64,000 bases of DNA from Acutalibacteraceae bacterium (GCA_045540715.1 JAZQHT010000014.1:55761-119760); one strand, 5' to 3'; counted from the first letter of the stretch, positions 1 to 9,705 are shown. Translations and numbers: made by a program. The notes: generated from the sequence alone by a model not told the origin.

Positions 1-852
1 TACAACCGAAGCCACGATAATGGCGGGTGCCATAATTAAAACGTAGTCTTTCATTTGCAATGAAACTTCATAATAAATTATTAAATATGGCATAAAAATT
101 TGAATTGCAATGTTAAATAAAATAAAAAGTCCCAAAGAAGAATAAAGCTTTTTATTTTTCTTTACTGTGCTTGGTTTAAAACCGTAAAAAATGTTACTAA
201 AATAGCCTTGTGTTGAGGGTTCAATTTTGGGTTCTTTAATAATAAAAAAGCCCAAAACGCCAATAACTAAGGTTAAAATTCCTATAATTAAAAATATTAG
301 TGTCCAAGAAGAAGGCATATCTAAATTAAAGAACATAAAGCCGCCAAAAACCACTAAAATTGCCACAAGGGGCATCATAGCGTTAATGCCTTCTGCGGCA
401 CCGCGGTTTGAACTATCGGTGCTGTCGGTTAGCCAAGCGTTAAAGGCGGCATCGTTTGCGGTAGAACCAAAAAAGGTCATAACACAGTCTAAAATAATGG
501 TTAAGGAAATACCAACGCTTGCGGCAGATACGGTTAAGGGTATAATTTTACTGATGGTATCAGTATTGACCGCCATAAAACTTAAAATCGAAATGCCCCA
601 AAGTATATAACCGCCCGAAATAAAGAGCTTTCTTTTACCAATTTTATCTGAAAGAGCCCCCATAAAAACGGTGGTAATTGTGGCAGCTACTGCAGAAGCC
701 GCAACCATTAAAGAAATATCTTTTGGTGCTGCATTAAACATTTTATAAATAAAAACGTTGAAATACATATTTTCTACAACCCAGGCCACCTGGCCCATTA
801 AAGAAAATAAAGTAAGTGCTAAATAAAAACGACCCGAAAGTTTGGTTTTCAT
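1..852 (-). CDS. MFS-type (sugar/cation symporter-like) transporter, N-terminal part only; the C-terminus runs off the left edge
   Basis: Absent from the ORF track because it has no stop in the window. Hand translation from ATG 852 (SD AGGAG upstream) gives MKTKLSGRFYLALTLFSLMGQVAWVVENMYFNVF..., a continuous multi-TM hydrophobic protein down to position 1. The + ORF 227..610 is its antisense shadow. Confidence 0.75.
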   Translation of the reverse strand, partial: MKTKLSGRFYLALTLFSLMGQVAWVVENMYFNVFIYKMFNAAPKDISLMVAASAVAATITTVFMGALSDKIGKRKLFISGGYILWGISILSFMAVNTDTISKIIPLTVSAASVGISLTIILDCVMTFFGSTANDAAFNAWLTDSTDSSNRGAAEGINAMMPLVAILVVFGGFMFFNLDMPSSWTLIFLIIGILTLVIGVLGFFIIKEPKIEPSTQGYFSNIFYGFKPSTVKKNKKLYSSLGLFILFNIAIQIFMPYLIIYYEVSLQMKDYVLIMAPAIIVASVV

Positions 853-982
853 AAAAATACTCCTAAATTCATTTTATAATATTAGTATATCATAATTATT
901 TAATAGAGAAAAGTGTTTTTTGTCTTTACAAAGACTAAAAAGAGTTATATAATAAAGAAAAACTTGGCAAACAGGTGATTTT

Positions 983-1951
983 ATGGAAAACGAACGCATT
1001 TATTTGTTACCAAAAGGTAACTATTACAAGGCAAATTTGCACTGTCACACCACTTGTTCTGATGGTAAATTTACCCCCGAAGAAATTAAAAAACTTTATA
1101 TGCAAAAAGGTTATAGCATTGTTGCTTTTTCGGATCATCATAACTTTGTGCAGCATAACGATTTAACCGATAAGGACTTTGTTGCTTTAAACGCGGTTGA
1201 AATTTCTTTAAACCAAAAAACAGAAAATCGCGAATTTGTTAACCTGCAGGTTAACGACGATGTTTTTTGCTGGAGCAAGGATAAAACCCACCACATTAAC
1301 TTTATTGCAAAAAACAAAGATACCGCAAACTTTATTGAGTATGATACCGAATATTCAACCAACAATATGACAAAAATGATTGCTGGTGCTAAAAAAGACT
1401 TTATGGCAGTATATAATCATCCACGTTGGTCTATGCAACCCGACACCGCCTTTATTAACCTTTGGGATTTAATGGGTATTGAGGTGTTTAATAATTCGGT
1501 TGATAAATTTTTACTTTGCGGTGAAACTGAATATGAATACGACTGCTTTTTAAGAGCCGGTGGTGTGTGCTTTCCAATAGCCGCCGACGATAACCACAAG
1601 ATAGACGATATGTTTGGCGGTTTTCAGCTAATTAAATGCGACGAATTAAATTACGAAAACGTAACGGCGGCACTTGAAAAGGGCGACCATTACGCTTCTA
1701 TGGGACCACTTTTTAAAGACCTTTATATTGAAAACGGTAAGCTACATATTTCTTGCACGCCCTGTATGCGTGTGGCCATTCTTACCGAAACAAGAAATCG
1801 CACAAGCAAAGAAAGTAAAGAACTTATTGACGAATTTACTGAAATTGATTTACCACTACCAAAATTTGATAAATTTATTAGAATTTATTTAATTGACTCT
1901 AAAGGTAACAAGGCGCTTACTCGCGCTTATATTAAGGGGGTTGACCTATAA
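983..1951 (+). CDS. PHP-domain metal-dependent phosphoesterase
   Basis: 322 aa. N-terminal PHP signature YYKANLHCHTTCSDG...VAFSDHH. SD AGGTGA upstream of the ATG. Confidence 0.7.
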   Translation: MENERIYLLPKGNYYKANLHCHTTCSDGKFTPEEIKKLYMQKGYSIVAFSDHHNFVQHNDLTDKDFVALNAVEISLNQKTENREFVNLQVNDDVFCWSKDKTHHINFIAKNKDTANFIEYDTEYSTNNMTKMIAGAKKDFMAVYNHPRWSMQPDTAFINLWDLMGIEVFNNSVDKFLLCGETEYEYDCFLRAGGVCFPIAADDNHKIDDMFGGFQLIKCDELNYENVTAALEKGDHYASMGPLFKDLYIENGKLHISCTPCMRVAILTETRNRTSKESKELIDEFTEIDLPLPKFDKFIRIYLIDSKGNKALTRAYIKGVDL

Positions 1952-2877
1952 TGGCAAGAAAATATTTATTTAACCCCGAAAACAAGTTTTATAAGGCAAA
2001 TATGCACTGCCACTCTAAATGTTCGGACGGTGTTTTAACACCACAAGAAATTAAAGAGTGCTTTATGGAAAAGGGTTACAGCATTGTGGCATATTCCGAC
2101 CACGAGGTTTTAGTACCCCACCCCGAACTTACCGATGAAAACTTTGTGGCAATTACCGCTTGCGAATATGCTTTTTCAGATCCATATAACACATGGCCAA
2201 AAGACTCAATTTATCACTTTAACGTGTTTAGCAAAGACCCACTTAGAGATAAATTTGTGCCTTACGACAGAGAATTTAGCGTTAGAAATTTAAGCAAAAT
2301 TTTTAAAGATGCTAAAGAAGCCGGCTTTATTACAGAATATAATCACGCGCGTTGGTCTTATAACACCGTAACCGATTATATAGGAACTACCTATATGGAC
2401 TATTGGGAAATTTTAAATGCAGGAAGCGAATCTGCAACCTGTAACGGCGATGGTGAATATGAATATGAAATGTGTTTAAGAGACGGTATGACCTGTGGTG
2501 TTATGGCGGGCGACGATAACCACGGCTACCCCGAAAGATATCGCGGTTTTACCATGATTTCTTGCCCTGAGCTTACTTATGATGCAGTTATAAAGGCACT
2601 AGAAAATAAAGAGTGCTATGCTTCGGGCGGTCCCTTAATTTACGAAGCATATATTGAAAACAACAAGCTTTATATAAAAACAAGTGAAGCTAAAAGAATT
2701 GCCGTATTAACAGATACGAGAGCTTCGGTTATTAAATATTTAAAAGAAGGCAGCATGACCGAAGCTGTGCTAGATCTTGCTGTATTAAACAACAATTACA
2801 AATATATAAGAATTGTTGTTGAAGACGAAAAACGCCTTAGAGCTTGGACACGCGGCTATTTTAAAGAAGAACTATAA
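1951..2877 (+). CDS. PHP-domain metal-dependent phosphoesterase (tandem paralog)
   Basis: 308 aa. FYKANMHCHSKCSDG...VAYSDHE. Its start overlaps the stop of the upstream paralog (ATAATG). Confidence 0.7.
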   Translation: MARKYLFNPENKFYKANMHCHSKCSDGVLTPQEIKECFMEKGYSIVAYSDHEVLVPHPELTDENFVAITACEYAFSDPYNTWPKDSIYHFNVFSKDPLRDKFVPYDREFSVRNLSKIFKDAKEAGFITEYNHARWSYNTVTDYIGTTYMDYWEILNAGSESATCNGDGEYEYEMCLRDGMTCGVMAGDDNHGYPERYRGFTMISCPELTYDAVIKALENKECYASGGPLIYEAYIENNKLYIKTSEAKRIAVLTDTRASVIKYLKEGSMTEAVLDLAVLNNNYKYIRIVVEDEKRLRAWTRGYFKEEL

Positions 2878-2911
2878 ACAAAAAAGACCTTGATATTCAA
2901 GGTCTTTTTTA
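2878..2911. terminator. bidirectional intrinsic terminator
   Basis: agaccttga-tat-tcaaggtct stem flanked by an A-run and a T-run, between two convergent genes. Confidence 0.8.
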
Positions 2912-3613
2912 TTATTCTTTATTTTGTCTTTTTCTCATTTTTTCCCAGTTATAAAAACCGTAAATATCGTTAATTAAAAACATTAAAAAGCACATAACCA
3001 TTGGCAAATATGAAGGGTTACTAATACTTGCAATTACCCATAAAACAATAAGCACAATATCGTTTGCGGCATACGCCAAGGCGTAATAAGAAGAGCGCAA
3101 ATATGTTAAATAAACAGCCAAAAAGCTTGTGGTTACAGAAATTGTTGAAACAATTAAACTTTCGGTATTAAGTGCTTTTAAAATAAAGTAAAACGCGGCA
3201 GTTACTATAGCGGTTAAAACAACCATTATTATAATATCTTTTTTAGTTATTTTTTTAACCTTAACCTCTTTTGTTTTACCGTAAGGATTTTTTATCCACT
3301 CAACCGTTGCAATTATAGACATTGGAGCGGTCATCCCTAAATACGTAAGAACCTCGCCGTAATATTTAAAATAAAACGAAACAATACCGTAAAACACAGC
3401 AAAAATAACACATAAAATTTCGCCAATTACGTAACCTTTTGCAACAAATATTAATGCCGTTACCCCAATTAAAGAAGAAATAAGGGTTAAATAATCTTTA
3501 TTTGGGGATAGCAAAAAAGAAGCCGTTACAACAATAATAGATGTTATTAAAAGGCCCTTTTCAAAGCGACTTAAATCTAAAAACGGGTTTTTAATTTTCA
3601 TAAATTTCTCCAT
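2912..3613 (-). CDS. pnuC: PnuC-like nicotinamide riboside (vitamin) transporter
   Basis: 233 aa, about 7 TM. The C-terminal ...YAANDIVLIVLWVIA...INDIYGFYNWEKM resembles the PnuC family. ATG 3601 (MKIKNPF) has a better SD (GGAG, 6-nt spacer) than ATG 3613. Confidence 0.55.
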   Translation of the reverse strand: MEKFMKIKNPFLDLSRFEKGLLITSIIVVTASFLLSPNKDYLTLISSLIGVTALIFVAKGYVIGEILCVIFAVFYGIVSFYFKYYGEVLTYLGMTAPMSIIATVEWIKNPYGKTKEVKVKKITKKDIIIMVVLTAIVTAAFYFILKALNTESLIVSTISVTTSFLAVYLTYLRSSYYALAYAANDIVLIVLWVIASISNPSYLPMVMCFLMFLINDIYGFYNWEKMRKRQNKE

Positions 3614-3729
3614 TAAAAAAGCACCCGCAATACACCTTCTAAGACCTAATGGTGTATTTACGAATGCCAGTATTTTGCACTCACTACCCGGTGGCAGTTT
3701 TAATTATTGTAACATATTTTTTTGGTTTG

Positions 3730-3936
3730 TCAATACCACTTATTTTTGCCAATAAATCTACACCCTTTATAGCACTTCCAGTTGTTTTTCGCATTTCTGC
3801 ACTCGTGCAAAATTTCACATTTCCTACAATAATGCGGTACGTTAATAATGAAATTTCTTTTTTCTTCATCCGCAAAAATATAGTCTATCAAATCCGAAAG
3901 TGTTTGCATTGTTTTTCTAAAAACAAAATAACTCAT
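3730..3936 (-). CDS. small Cys-rich hypothetical protein (possibly disrupted)
   Basis: 68 aa with a good SD (AGAGGGG). The C-terminus has CRKC...CYKGC. The overlapping frame 3684..3875 also reads protein-like after an A6 run, so its status is uncertain. Confidence 0.35.
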   Translation of the reverse strand: MSYFVFRKTMQTLSDLIDYIFADEEKRNFIINVPHYCRKCEILHECRNAKNNWKCYKGCRFIGKNKWY

Positions 3937-4027
3937 TATTACCCCTCTATTTCTGTTATGGGGAATATATCCCCTTAATATTTAAGATTATAACCCCCAT
4001 AATAATTTATGTCAAGGGGGGCATAAC

Positions 4028-4225
4028 ATGATAGTTTTTAATAAATTGTGGATAACAATGAAACAAAAAGGGTTTTCGACCTACAAACTAAGGGAAGAAT
4101 GTGGAATTGATAGCAAAACCATTAGGAGATTAAAGAATAACGAGAACACCGAAACAAAAACATTAGATAAAATTTGCCGTGCTTTAAATTGTAAAATTGA
4201 AGATATTGCTGAATTTAAAGAATAA
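4028..4225 (+). CDS. XRE-family helix-turn-helix DNA-binding protein
   Basis: 65 aa. STYKLREECGIDSKTIRRLKNNEN...LDKICRALNCKIEDI is HTH_3-like. G-rich SD upstream. Confidence 0.75.
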   Translation: MIVFNKLWITMKQKGFSTYKLREECGIDSKTIRRLKNNENTETKTLDKICRALNCKIEDIAEFKE

Positions 4226-4226
4226 A

Positions 4227-4267
4227 GGTTGCAGACGTAAAACCGTAACTGCAACCTTTTATTTTTT
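4227..4267 (+). terminator. intrinsic terminator
   Basis: ggttgcag...ctgcaacc stem followed by ttttatttttt. Confidence 0.75.
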
Positions 4268-4700
4268 ATAAATAATCGCGCATTTTGATTTCTAGGGCTT
4301 CTTCTAAATTAATAAGACGTTTTGCAATATCTTTGCTTTTTTCGTCGGCCGCTTTATATTCGTTTAAATACTTATTTAAACTTTTAACCCCCATATTGCA
4401 ACCATCGGTTAAAATGTCAGCAACACTATTATCGCTGTCGTCCATCATAAGTTTCATACTGGTTTTCATTTTGCTCATTGTTTCAATTATTGGGTGAGAA
4501 TCTTTGCCGCTATCGTGGTACCCTTTTAATAAATCGCCAATTTCTCTTTTTAGAGCTTCGTGCTCTTTTTTATTTTCAACCAAAAAATTTCTAAAGGTTT
4601 TATCTGTAACACTACTTAAGCAGTCTTCAATGCCTTTAATACCCATATCAACCCCAGCGTCGCACTCGCGAAGCAGTCTTATTGTATCTTGTTCTACCAT
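4266..4700 (-). CDS. hypothetical helical protein
   Basis: 144 aa, acidic and predicted all-helical. I recognised no family. SD AAGGAGTG upstream. Confidence 0.6.
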   Translation of the reverse strand: MVEQDTIRLLRECDAGVDMGIKGIEDCLSSVTDKTFRNFLVENKKEHEALKREIGDLLKGYHDSGKDSHPIIETMSKMKTSMKLMMDDSDNSVADILTDGCNMGVKSLNKYLNEYKAADEKSKDIAKRLINLEEALEIKMRDYL

Positions 4701-4745
4701 AAAAAAACACTCCTTTTAAAAGGAGTGTTCCCTATTTTTATTAAA

Positions 4746-6014
4746 TTATTTCTTTTTTACTAAAGTTTTTTCCATTGCCATATTATAAATTTCTTCGGTG
4801 GCAAAGGCAAGTTTTGTTATAACGTTTTTAGCATTTTTAGGGTAACAATAAAACGAATCGTTTTCGGTTGAAATATCAAAGCAATCATAAGGTTTGATAT
4901 AGCAATAATCATATTCAATATGCAAACTATTGTTTTCAATAGGCGCACGACGAATTTCGTAATCTTCGCCTCTGTAATTACCCTTTAATACAAAGCCGTT
5001 ATCTTTATCATGTGTAATGGTGGCATTACCCAAAGTTTCAAACTTCCAGGTTCTGGGTAGTGAATAAACCTCAACCTCATCAGAAAAAGAGTAATTGCCG
5101 CTTCTAACCTCTTTAATAACGTTTTCTTTTTCCCATAAAAACCAATCGGGTATATGTGAAAACTCGGTTTCGCCGTTTATAGCAGAAAGTGTGCAATCTT
5201 CATTAAAGTTCCAACGTTTGCCGCACTCGGTACAAAAAATTTCGGTGCCTTTAGAATCCATCTTGTGTTCTGTTTTACAATGTGGGCATTGATATAAAAC
5301 CTTATGAAGTCCTTCAGCGCGAAATGGCTCTAAAACCTTTATGCCGTTTTCATAAGCGTATTTGTAATCATCATAATAAAGTGCATTTTTAACCGCTTCG
5401 TTAATTTCTTCAACCGACATTGTTTTAATTTGTTCGGCAGTTAAAATTTGCGTCATTGTTGTGTGAAGCGGAACTTTGCGTTTTTTCCTAAAGTTCCAAA
5501 ACGGAGAGTGCAAATGGTTGCCACGGTGCACAACCGCTACAACCGGCACCTTATTCATTTTTATAAGTTTACCCAAACTATCGGGCATAAAAGATAGCAC
5601 CCCGCAAGGTGAATAACGTGCTTCAGGGTACATCGATAAAATATCGCCACGTTTTAAAACCTTATTAATTGATTTAATAAGATGCAAATCTCTAACATAT
5701 TTACGTGTGCAAATAGCACCAATAAGCTCTAATAAAAAGGGGCGACGATAATACCCGTCAATACTAACAACGTTGCTAACTCTATAAGGGTAAGTTCCCA
5801 TAGCAGCAAGTTCAAAATCTATAAAATACATATGGTTGCTAAGCATCATATATGGTGGTTTTAAGCCTTCCATATTAATTTTTTCAACCTTATATTTTTT
5901 GCCAATAAGCATAATTTTTGAAAGCAACCAAATTAGCCACATTATAATAATTGGTTGGCGAATTGGGTATTTAGCGGTTTTATACCGCTTTTTATTTTTA
6001 TAATTTACGTCCAT
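4746..6014 (-). CDS. lysophospholipid (PlsC-type) acyltransferase family protein with internal zinc ribbon
   Basis: 422 aa. N-terminal TM, HX4D motif NHMYFID, YPEARYSPCG block, and CPHCK...CTECGKRW. Confidence 0.65.
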   Translation of the reverse strand: MDVNYKNKKRYKTAKYPIRQPIIIMWLIWLLSKIMLIGKKYKVEKINMEGLKPPYMMLSNHMYFIDFELAAMGTYPYRVSNVVSIDGYYRRPFLLELIGAICTRKYVRDLHLIKSINKVLKRGDILSMYPEARYSPCGVLSFMPDSLGKLIKMNKVPVVAVVHRGNHLHSPFWNFRKKRKVPLHTTMTQILTAEQIKTMSVEEINEAVKNALYYDDYKYAYENGIKVLEPFRAEGLHKVLYQCPHCKTEHKMDSKGTEIFCTECGKRWNFNEDCTLSAINGETEFSHIPDWFLWEKENVIKEVRSGNYSFSDEVEVYSLPRTWKFETLGNATITHDKDNGFVLKGNYRGEDYEIRRAPIENNSLHIEYDYCYIKPYDCFDISTENDSFYCYPKNAKNVITKLAFATEEIYNMAMEKTLVKKK

Positions 6015-6163
6015 CTCTACTCTCCCTTAATGCCGCAATTTTAAGGACATGTAACATATAAATTTTATATTATAAGCACTAAAAAAGCAAGCAATATTTT
6101 TATCCCTTGCCGAGCAGGTATTTAAGTGATATAATTTTAATACAATTTAAAGGTGGTGATATT

Positions 6164-7090
6164 TTGACGGCTGTAATTATAATATTAATTTCTTTAACAT
6201 TACTCTTTTTTATTATTACCTATATTTGTTTTTATATGACATTTTACGTTACAAAAAAACAAAAAACGCCAAAAAAATATTCTTTACCACCCGGCAAAGA
6301 ATATTTACCTTTTAAAGACACAATGATTAATTTTATGAAAGAAACCGAAACTCTGCCCTTTACCCCTTGTGAAATTACCTCTTTTGATGGTTTAAAACTT
6401 AAAGGTAAATATTACGAATATAAAAAGGGCGCAGAAATTGAGCTTATGCTTCACGGTTATCGCGGTTCTAAAGAAAGGGATCTTTGCGGCGGTGTTCAAC
6501 GCTGTTTTAAACTCAAACGCAACACCTTAATTGTTGATTTGCGCGCAAGCGGCGAAAGTGAAGGACGGGTTATTTCTTTTGGCATAAACGAATACCGCGA
6601 CTGTATAGACTGGGTTAATTACATAATAAACAATATAGATAAAGACGCAAAAATTATTTTGACCGGTATATCTATGGGGGCTTCAACCGTTTTAATGGCA
6701 GCAGGAAAACCACTACCTAAAAACGTTATTGGCGTTGTTGCAGACTGCGGTTATACTACCGCTAAAGACATTATAAAAAAGGTTGTAAAACAGTTAAAAT
6801 TACCACCCAATATTGTTTATTTCTTTATTAAAATATCCGCAAAACTTTACGGCGGCTTTAATTTGGAAGAATATTCTGCTTTAGAAGGCTGTAAAAACGC
6901 AAAGCTACCCATTATTTTCTTTCACGGAGAAAAGGACGGATTTGTTCCTTGTGAAATGAGCCGCCAAAACTATGAGGCCTGCGTTAGTAAAAAGGTTTTA
7001 TATACCGTAAAAGAAGCCGACCACGGACTATGTTATTTGGTTGATAACGACGGTTATTTTAAGACAATTAACGATTTTAAATATGAATAA
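6164..7090 (+). CDS. alpha/beta hydrolase, membrane-anchored
   Basis: GISMGAS nucleophile elbow and an N-terminal TM. The ORF track starts at 6107, but TTG 6164 directly follows SD AAAGGTGGTGA. Confidence 0.75.
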   Translation: MTAVIIILISLTLLFFIITYICFYMTFYVTKKQKTPKKYSLPPGKEYLPFKDTMINFMKETETLPFTPCEITSFDGLKLKGKYYEYKKGAEIELMLHGYRGSKERDLCGGVQRCFKLKRNTLIVDLRASGESEGRVISFGINEYRDCIDWVNYIINNIDKDAKIILTGISMGASTVLMAAGKPLPKNVIGVVADCGYTTAKDIIKKVVKQLKLPPNIVYFFIKISAKLYGGFNLEEYSALEGCKNAKLPIIFFHGEKDGFVPCEMSRQNYEACVSKKVLYTVKEADHGLCYLVDNDGYFKTINDFKYE

Positions 7091-7114
7091 AAAAAGACGG
7101 TTTATACCGTCTTT

Positions 7115-8377
7115 TTATTTTGCTATTAAATATTCTTGTTCTTTATATAAACTCTGTTTGCCTGAAAGTAAAAACGAAATTATAACCGCAATTATAAAAT
7201 ATGGTGCTAAAGTAAAACCAAAAAGTTCAATACCTAATATTAAACTTGCAAGGGGTGTTTTTGTGCTTACACAAAAGATAACCACCATACAAACCGCGGC
7301 CGAAAAGGTTATGCTTAACCCCAAAATACTGCCAAAAAATGCGCCAAAGGTGGCTCCAACAAAAAAGCCGGGCACAATTTCTCCGCCTTTAAAGCCAACC
7401 GCCATTGTAATTGCTGTAAATAAAATTTTTAAAATAAAGGCATAATTCGGTATTATTTTACCTGCAAACACCCCGTCGATAACTTTTGTGCCGGTTCCTA
7501 AATAATCGGTACCAAAAACAAAAGACAAAATTACAATTATAACTGCGCCAAAAAGTATTCTGTTATACTCGTTTTTGCAAATTATTTTAAACAGTTTATT
7601 GCCAAAACGCATTGCCTTTACAAATATAATTCCAACTGCCGTTGCCGAAACAATTAAACCTAAAGTTTTTAAAATGGTAATTGCAGAAAATTCATCAACA
7701 AAAACCCTTTGTTTTAAAGCTGTTACCCCTAAACTTTTTGCAACAAAATACGCCGAAAAACTAGCCACTAAACTTTGAAAAACCGCACTTAAATAAATTT
7801 TACCAACACTTATTACGGTTACTGCAAAAATTGCGGCTGTAAGAGGGGTTGCAAAAACTGCCGAAAACATACCTGCAAGCCCTGCTATTATTAAAATTTT
7901 GGCGGCATCAAATGAAAATTTAAAAATTTTAGCAATACCTTTTGCAAAGCCTGCTCCAATTTGTAAAGCCGCCCCTTCTTTTCCGGCAGAACCGCCAAAA
8001 AGGTGGGTTATAACGCTTGAGACAAAAACCGCAAAACTTAAAACAGGTGAAAATTGATTTTTGTTTTGTATTGCTAAAAAGATAGTATTTGTGTTTTGAC
8101 CTTTAATTTTTAAAAGCCTATATAATAAAACAATTAAAACCCCAGCTAAGGGTAAAAAATAAATCAAAAAACCGTTTTCTGTTCTAAGAAAATTGGCGTA
8201 TGAAATTAAATGATAAAAAAGGCTACCAACTATACCACAAACAAGACCAAGCATTAAAGAAACACTTAGCCATAAAATAAGCGCCAAGAAATAATTCTTA
8301 GCGCTTTTGTTTTTAGTTTTTAGTATCGATAAAAACTCCACAAAAGCAACCTCGCTTTCATAAGAGAATTTTATCAT
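7115..8377 (-). CDS. ClC-family anion channel/antiporter (possibly CLC-F type)
   Basis: 420 aa polytopic protein. Motifs GGSAGKEGAALQIG and GFKGGEIVPGFFVGA. No CBS domains. Confidence 0.8.
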   Translation of the reverse strand: MIKFSYESEVAFVEFLSILKTKNKSAKNYFLALILWLSVSLMLGLVCGIVGSLFYHLISYANFLRTENGFLIYFLPLAGVLIVLLYRLLKIKGQNTNTIFLAIQNKNQFSPVLSFAVFVSSVITHLFGGSAGKEGAALQIGAGFAKGIAKIFKFSFDAAKILIIAGLAGMFSAVFATPLTAAIFAVTVISVGKIYLSAVFQSLVASFSAYFVAKSLGVTALKQRVFVDEFSAITILKTLGLIVSATAVGIIFVKAMRFGNKLFKIICKNEYNRILFGAVIIVILSFVFGTDYLGTGTKVIDGVFAGKIIPNYAFILKILFTAITMAVGFKGGEIVPGFFVGATFGAFFGSILGLSITFSAAVCMVVIFCVSTKTPLASLILGIELFGFTLAPYFIIAVIISFLLSGKQSLYKEQEYLIAK

Positions 8378-8397
8378 ACTTTATATTTTTTTGCAAT

Positions 8398-9705
8398 TTA
8401 TTTATGCTTAAATAAATGTGCCATTGGGTGTGGTGTTACGTGAATTTTTTCACCACGTGAAGATTTGTGTTCTTCAGGTTTAATTTCGCCCGCTTTTGTA
8501 AGGGCAATTTTAGTAAGTAATGGACCAACAAGCTCGTAAATAAGCACAGAGAATAAAATTATATTTCTAATAATTTTACCGGGTTCGCCAAGTTCTTCTG
8601 CCTTTAATGCCATACCAAGTGCCACACCTGCTTGCGGAAGCAAGGTTATACCTAAATATTTAACAATATTTTCATCACATTTTGTTGCTTTAGAGCTAAT
8701 TCTAGCCCCATAATATTTACCAAGCGAACGCGAAGCAATATAAACAAGACCAATTGCCACAACCATTATATTACTAAAGGTTTTTAGTTCAAGTTCTGCG
8801 CCCGAAAGCACAAAGAATAAAATAAACATAGGGGCAGTCCAACGGTCCAGTCTATCCATAAGTTCTTCAGAGAAATCACACAAGTTGCAGAACATTGTGC
8901 CAAGCATCATGCAAGTAAGCAAACTTGAAAATGCAATATCTATACCAAATACCCTAAACTTTAGCATTGAAAGGGCAACAGTTACAAGCACAAATGCAAC
9001 GCTCATGGAAAGACGTTTACTGCGCGAGTGGAAAAATCTTTCGAAAAAGTTGAATACAACGCCCATCAACGCGCCAAGGGCAATCGACAAAATAACCTCT
9101 AAAAGCGGTTCAACAATTATAGAAATAAAATCTATACCATCTGCATTTAAAGACTTTGCAACACCAAAAGAAATTGCAAATAAAACTAGTCCCACTGCAT
9201 CATCAAGTGCTACAACAGGTAAAAGAATATCGGTTACAGGGCCTTTAGCTTTATACTGTCTTACAACCATTAAGGTAGCAGCAGGAGCAGTAGCAGAAGC
9301 TACAGCGCCTAAAACAATAGCAGCAGGAAGTGGTAAAACGTCGGGTATTAAAAAATGAAGCCCAATTAACGCCGCATCAACTACAATGGTTGTAAAAACC
9401 GCTTGCAAAATACCAATAACAGTTGCTTGTTTTCCGGTTTTTTTAAGCTGAGATAATCTAAATTCATTACCAATTGAAAAAGCAATAAAACCTAAAGCTA
9501 CGTCGGCAATTATGGTGTAACTTTTAACGTCTGCCATATTAATAAAACCAAGACCCGCAACACCAAAAGAGCCTAAAAGATATGGGCCAATTAAAACGCC
9601 CGCAACCAAATAAGCAGTTACTGCAGGAAGTTTAACGCGTTTTGCTAAACGTGAAAGCATTAGTCCTGCAAAAAGCGCAACTGATAAAGTAATTAAAATT
9701 TGCAT
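8398..9705 (-). CDS. cation:proton antiporter (CPA2 / Na+/H+ exchanger family)
   Basis: 435 aa, 12-13 TM, typical Na_H_exchanger profile. Only a 20-nt gap to the ClC gene. Confidence 0.75.
   Translation of the reverse strand: MQILITLSVALFAGLMLSRLAKRVKLPAVTAYLVAGVLIGPYLLGSFGVAGLGFINMADVKSYTIIADVALGFIAFSIGNEFRLSQLKKTGKQATVIGILQAVFTTIVVDAALIGLHFLIPDVLPLPAAIVLGAVASATAPAATLMVVRQYKAKGPVTDILLPVVALDDAVGLVLFAISFGVAKSLNADGIDFISIIVEPLLEVILSIALGALMGVVFNFFERFFHSRSKRLSMSVAFVLVTVALSMLKFRVFGIDIAFSSLLTCMMLGTMFCNLCDFSEELMDRLDRWTAPMFILFFVLSGAELELKTFSNIMVVAIGLVYIASRSLGKYYGARISSKATKCDENIVKYLGITLLPQAGVALGMALKAEELGEPGKIIRNIILFSVLIYELVGPLLTKIALTKAGEIKPEEHKSSRGEKIHVTPHPMAHLFKHK

Noticed and set aside
227-610. 127-aa + strand ORF in the track
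   Set aside because: It lies entirely antisense to a well-supported minus-strand MFS transporter gene (ATG 852 with SD). The translation is low-complexity and K/I-rich.
3684-4225. Prophage remnant or toxin-antitoxin pair (small ORF divergent from an XRE-HTH gene)
   Set aside because: No integrase, toxin-family motif or other phage gene is nearby. Two small genes are insufficient evidence. Only the possible frameshift is reported.
8885-9358. 157-aa + strand ORF; similar cases at 12803..13120, 13465..13902, 16724..17080, 20779..21300, 23124..23528, 31326..31727, 47577..47954 and 55085..55666
   Set aside because: All are antisense shadows inside long, motif-supported minus-strand genes. They lack SD sequences and have Ser/Thr/Ile-rich, non-protein-like composition.
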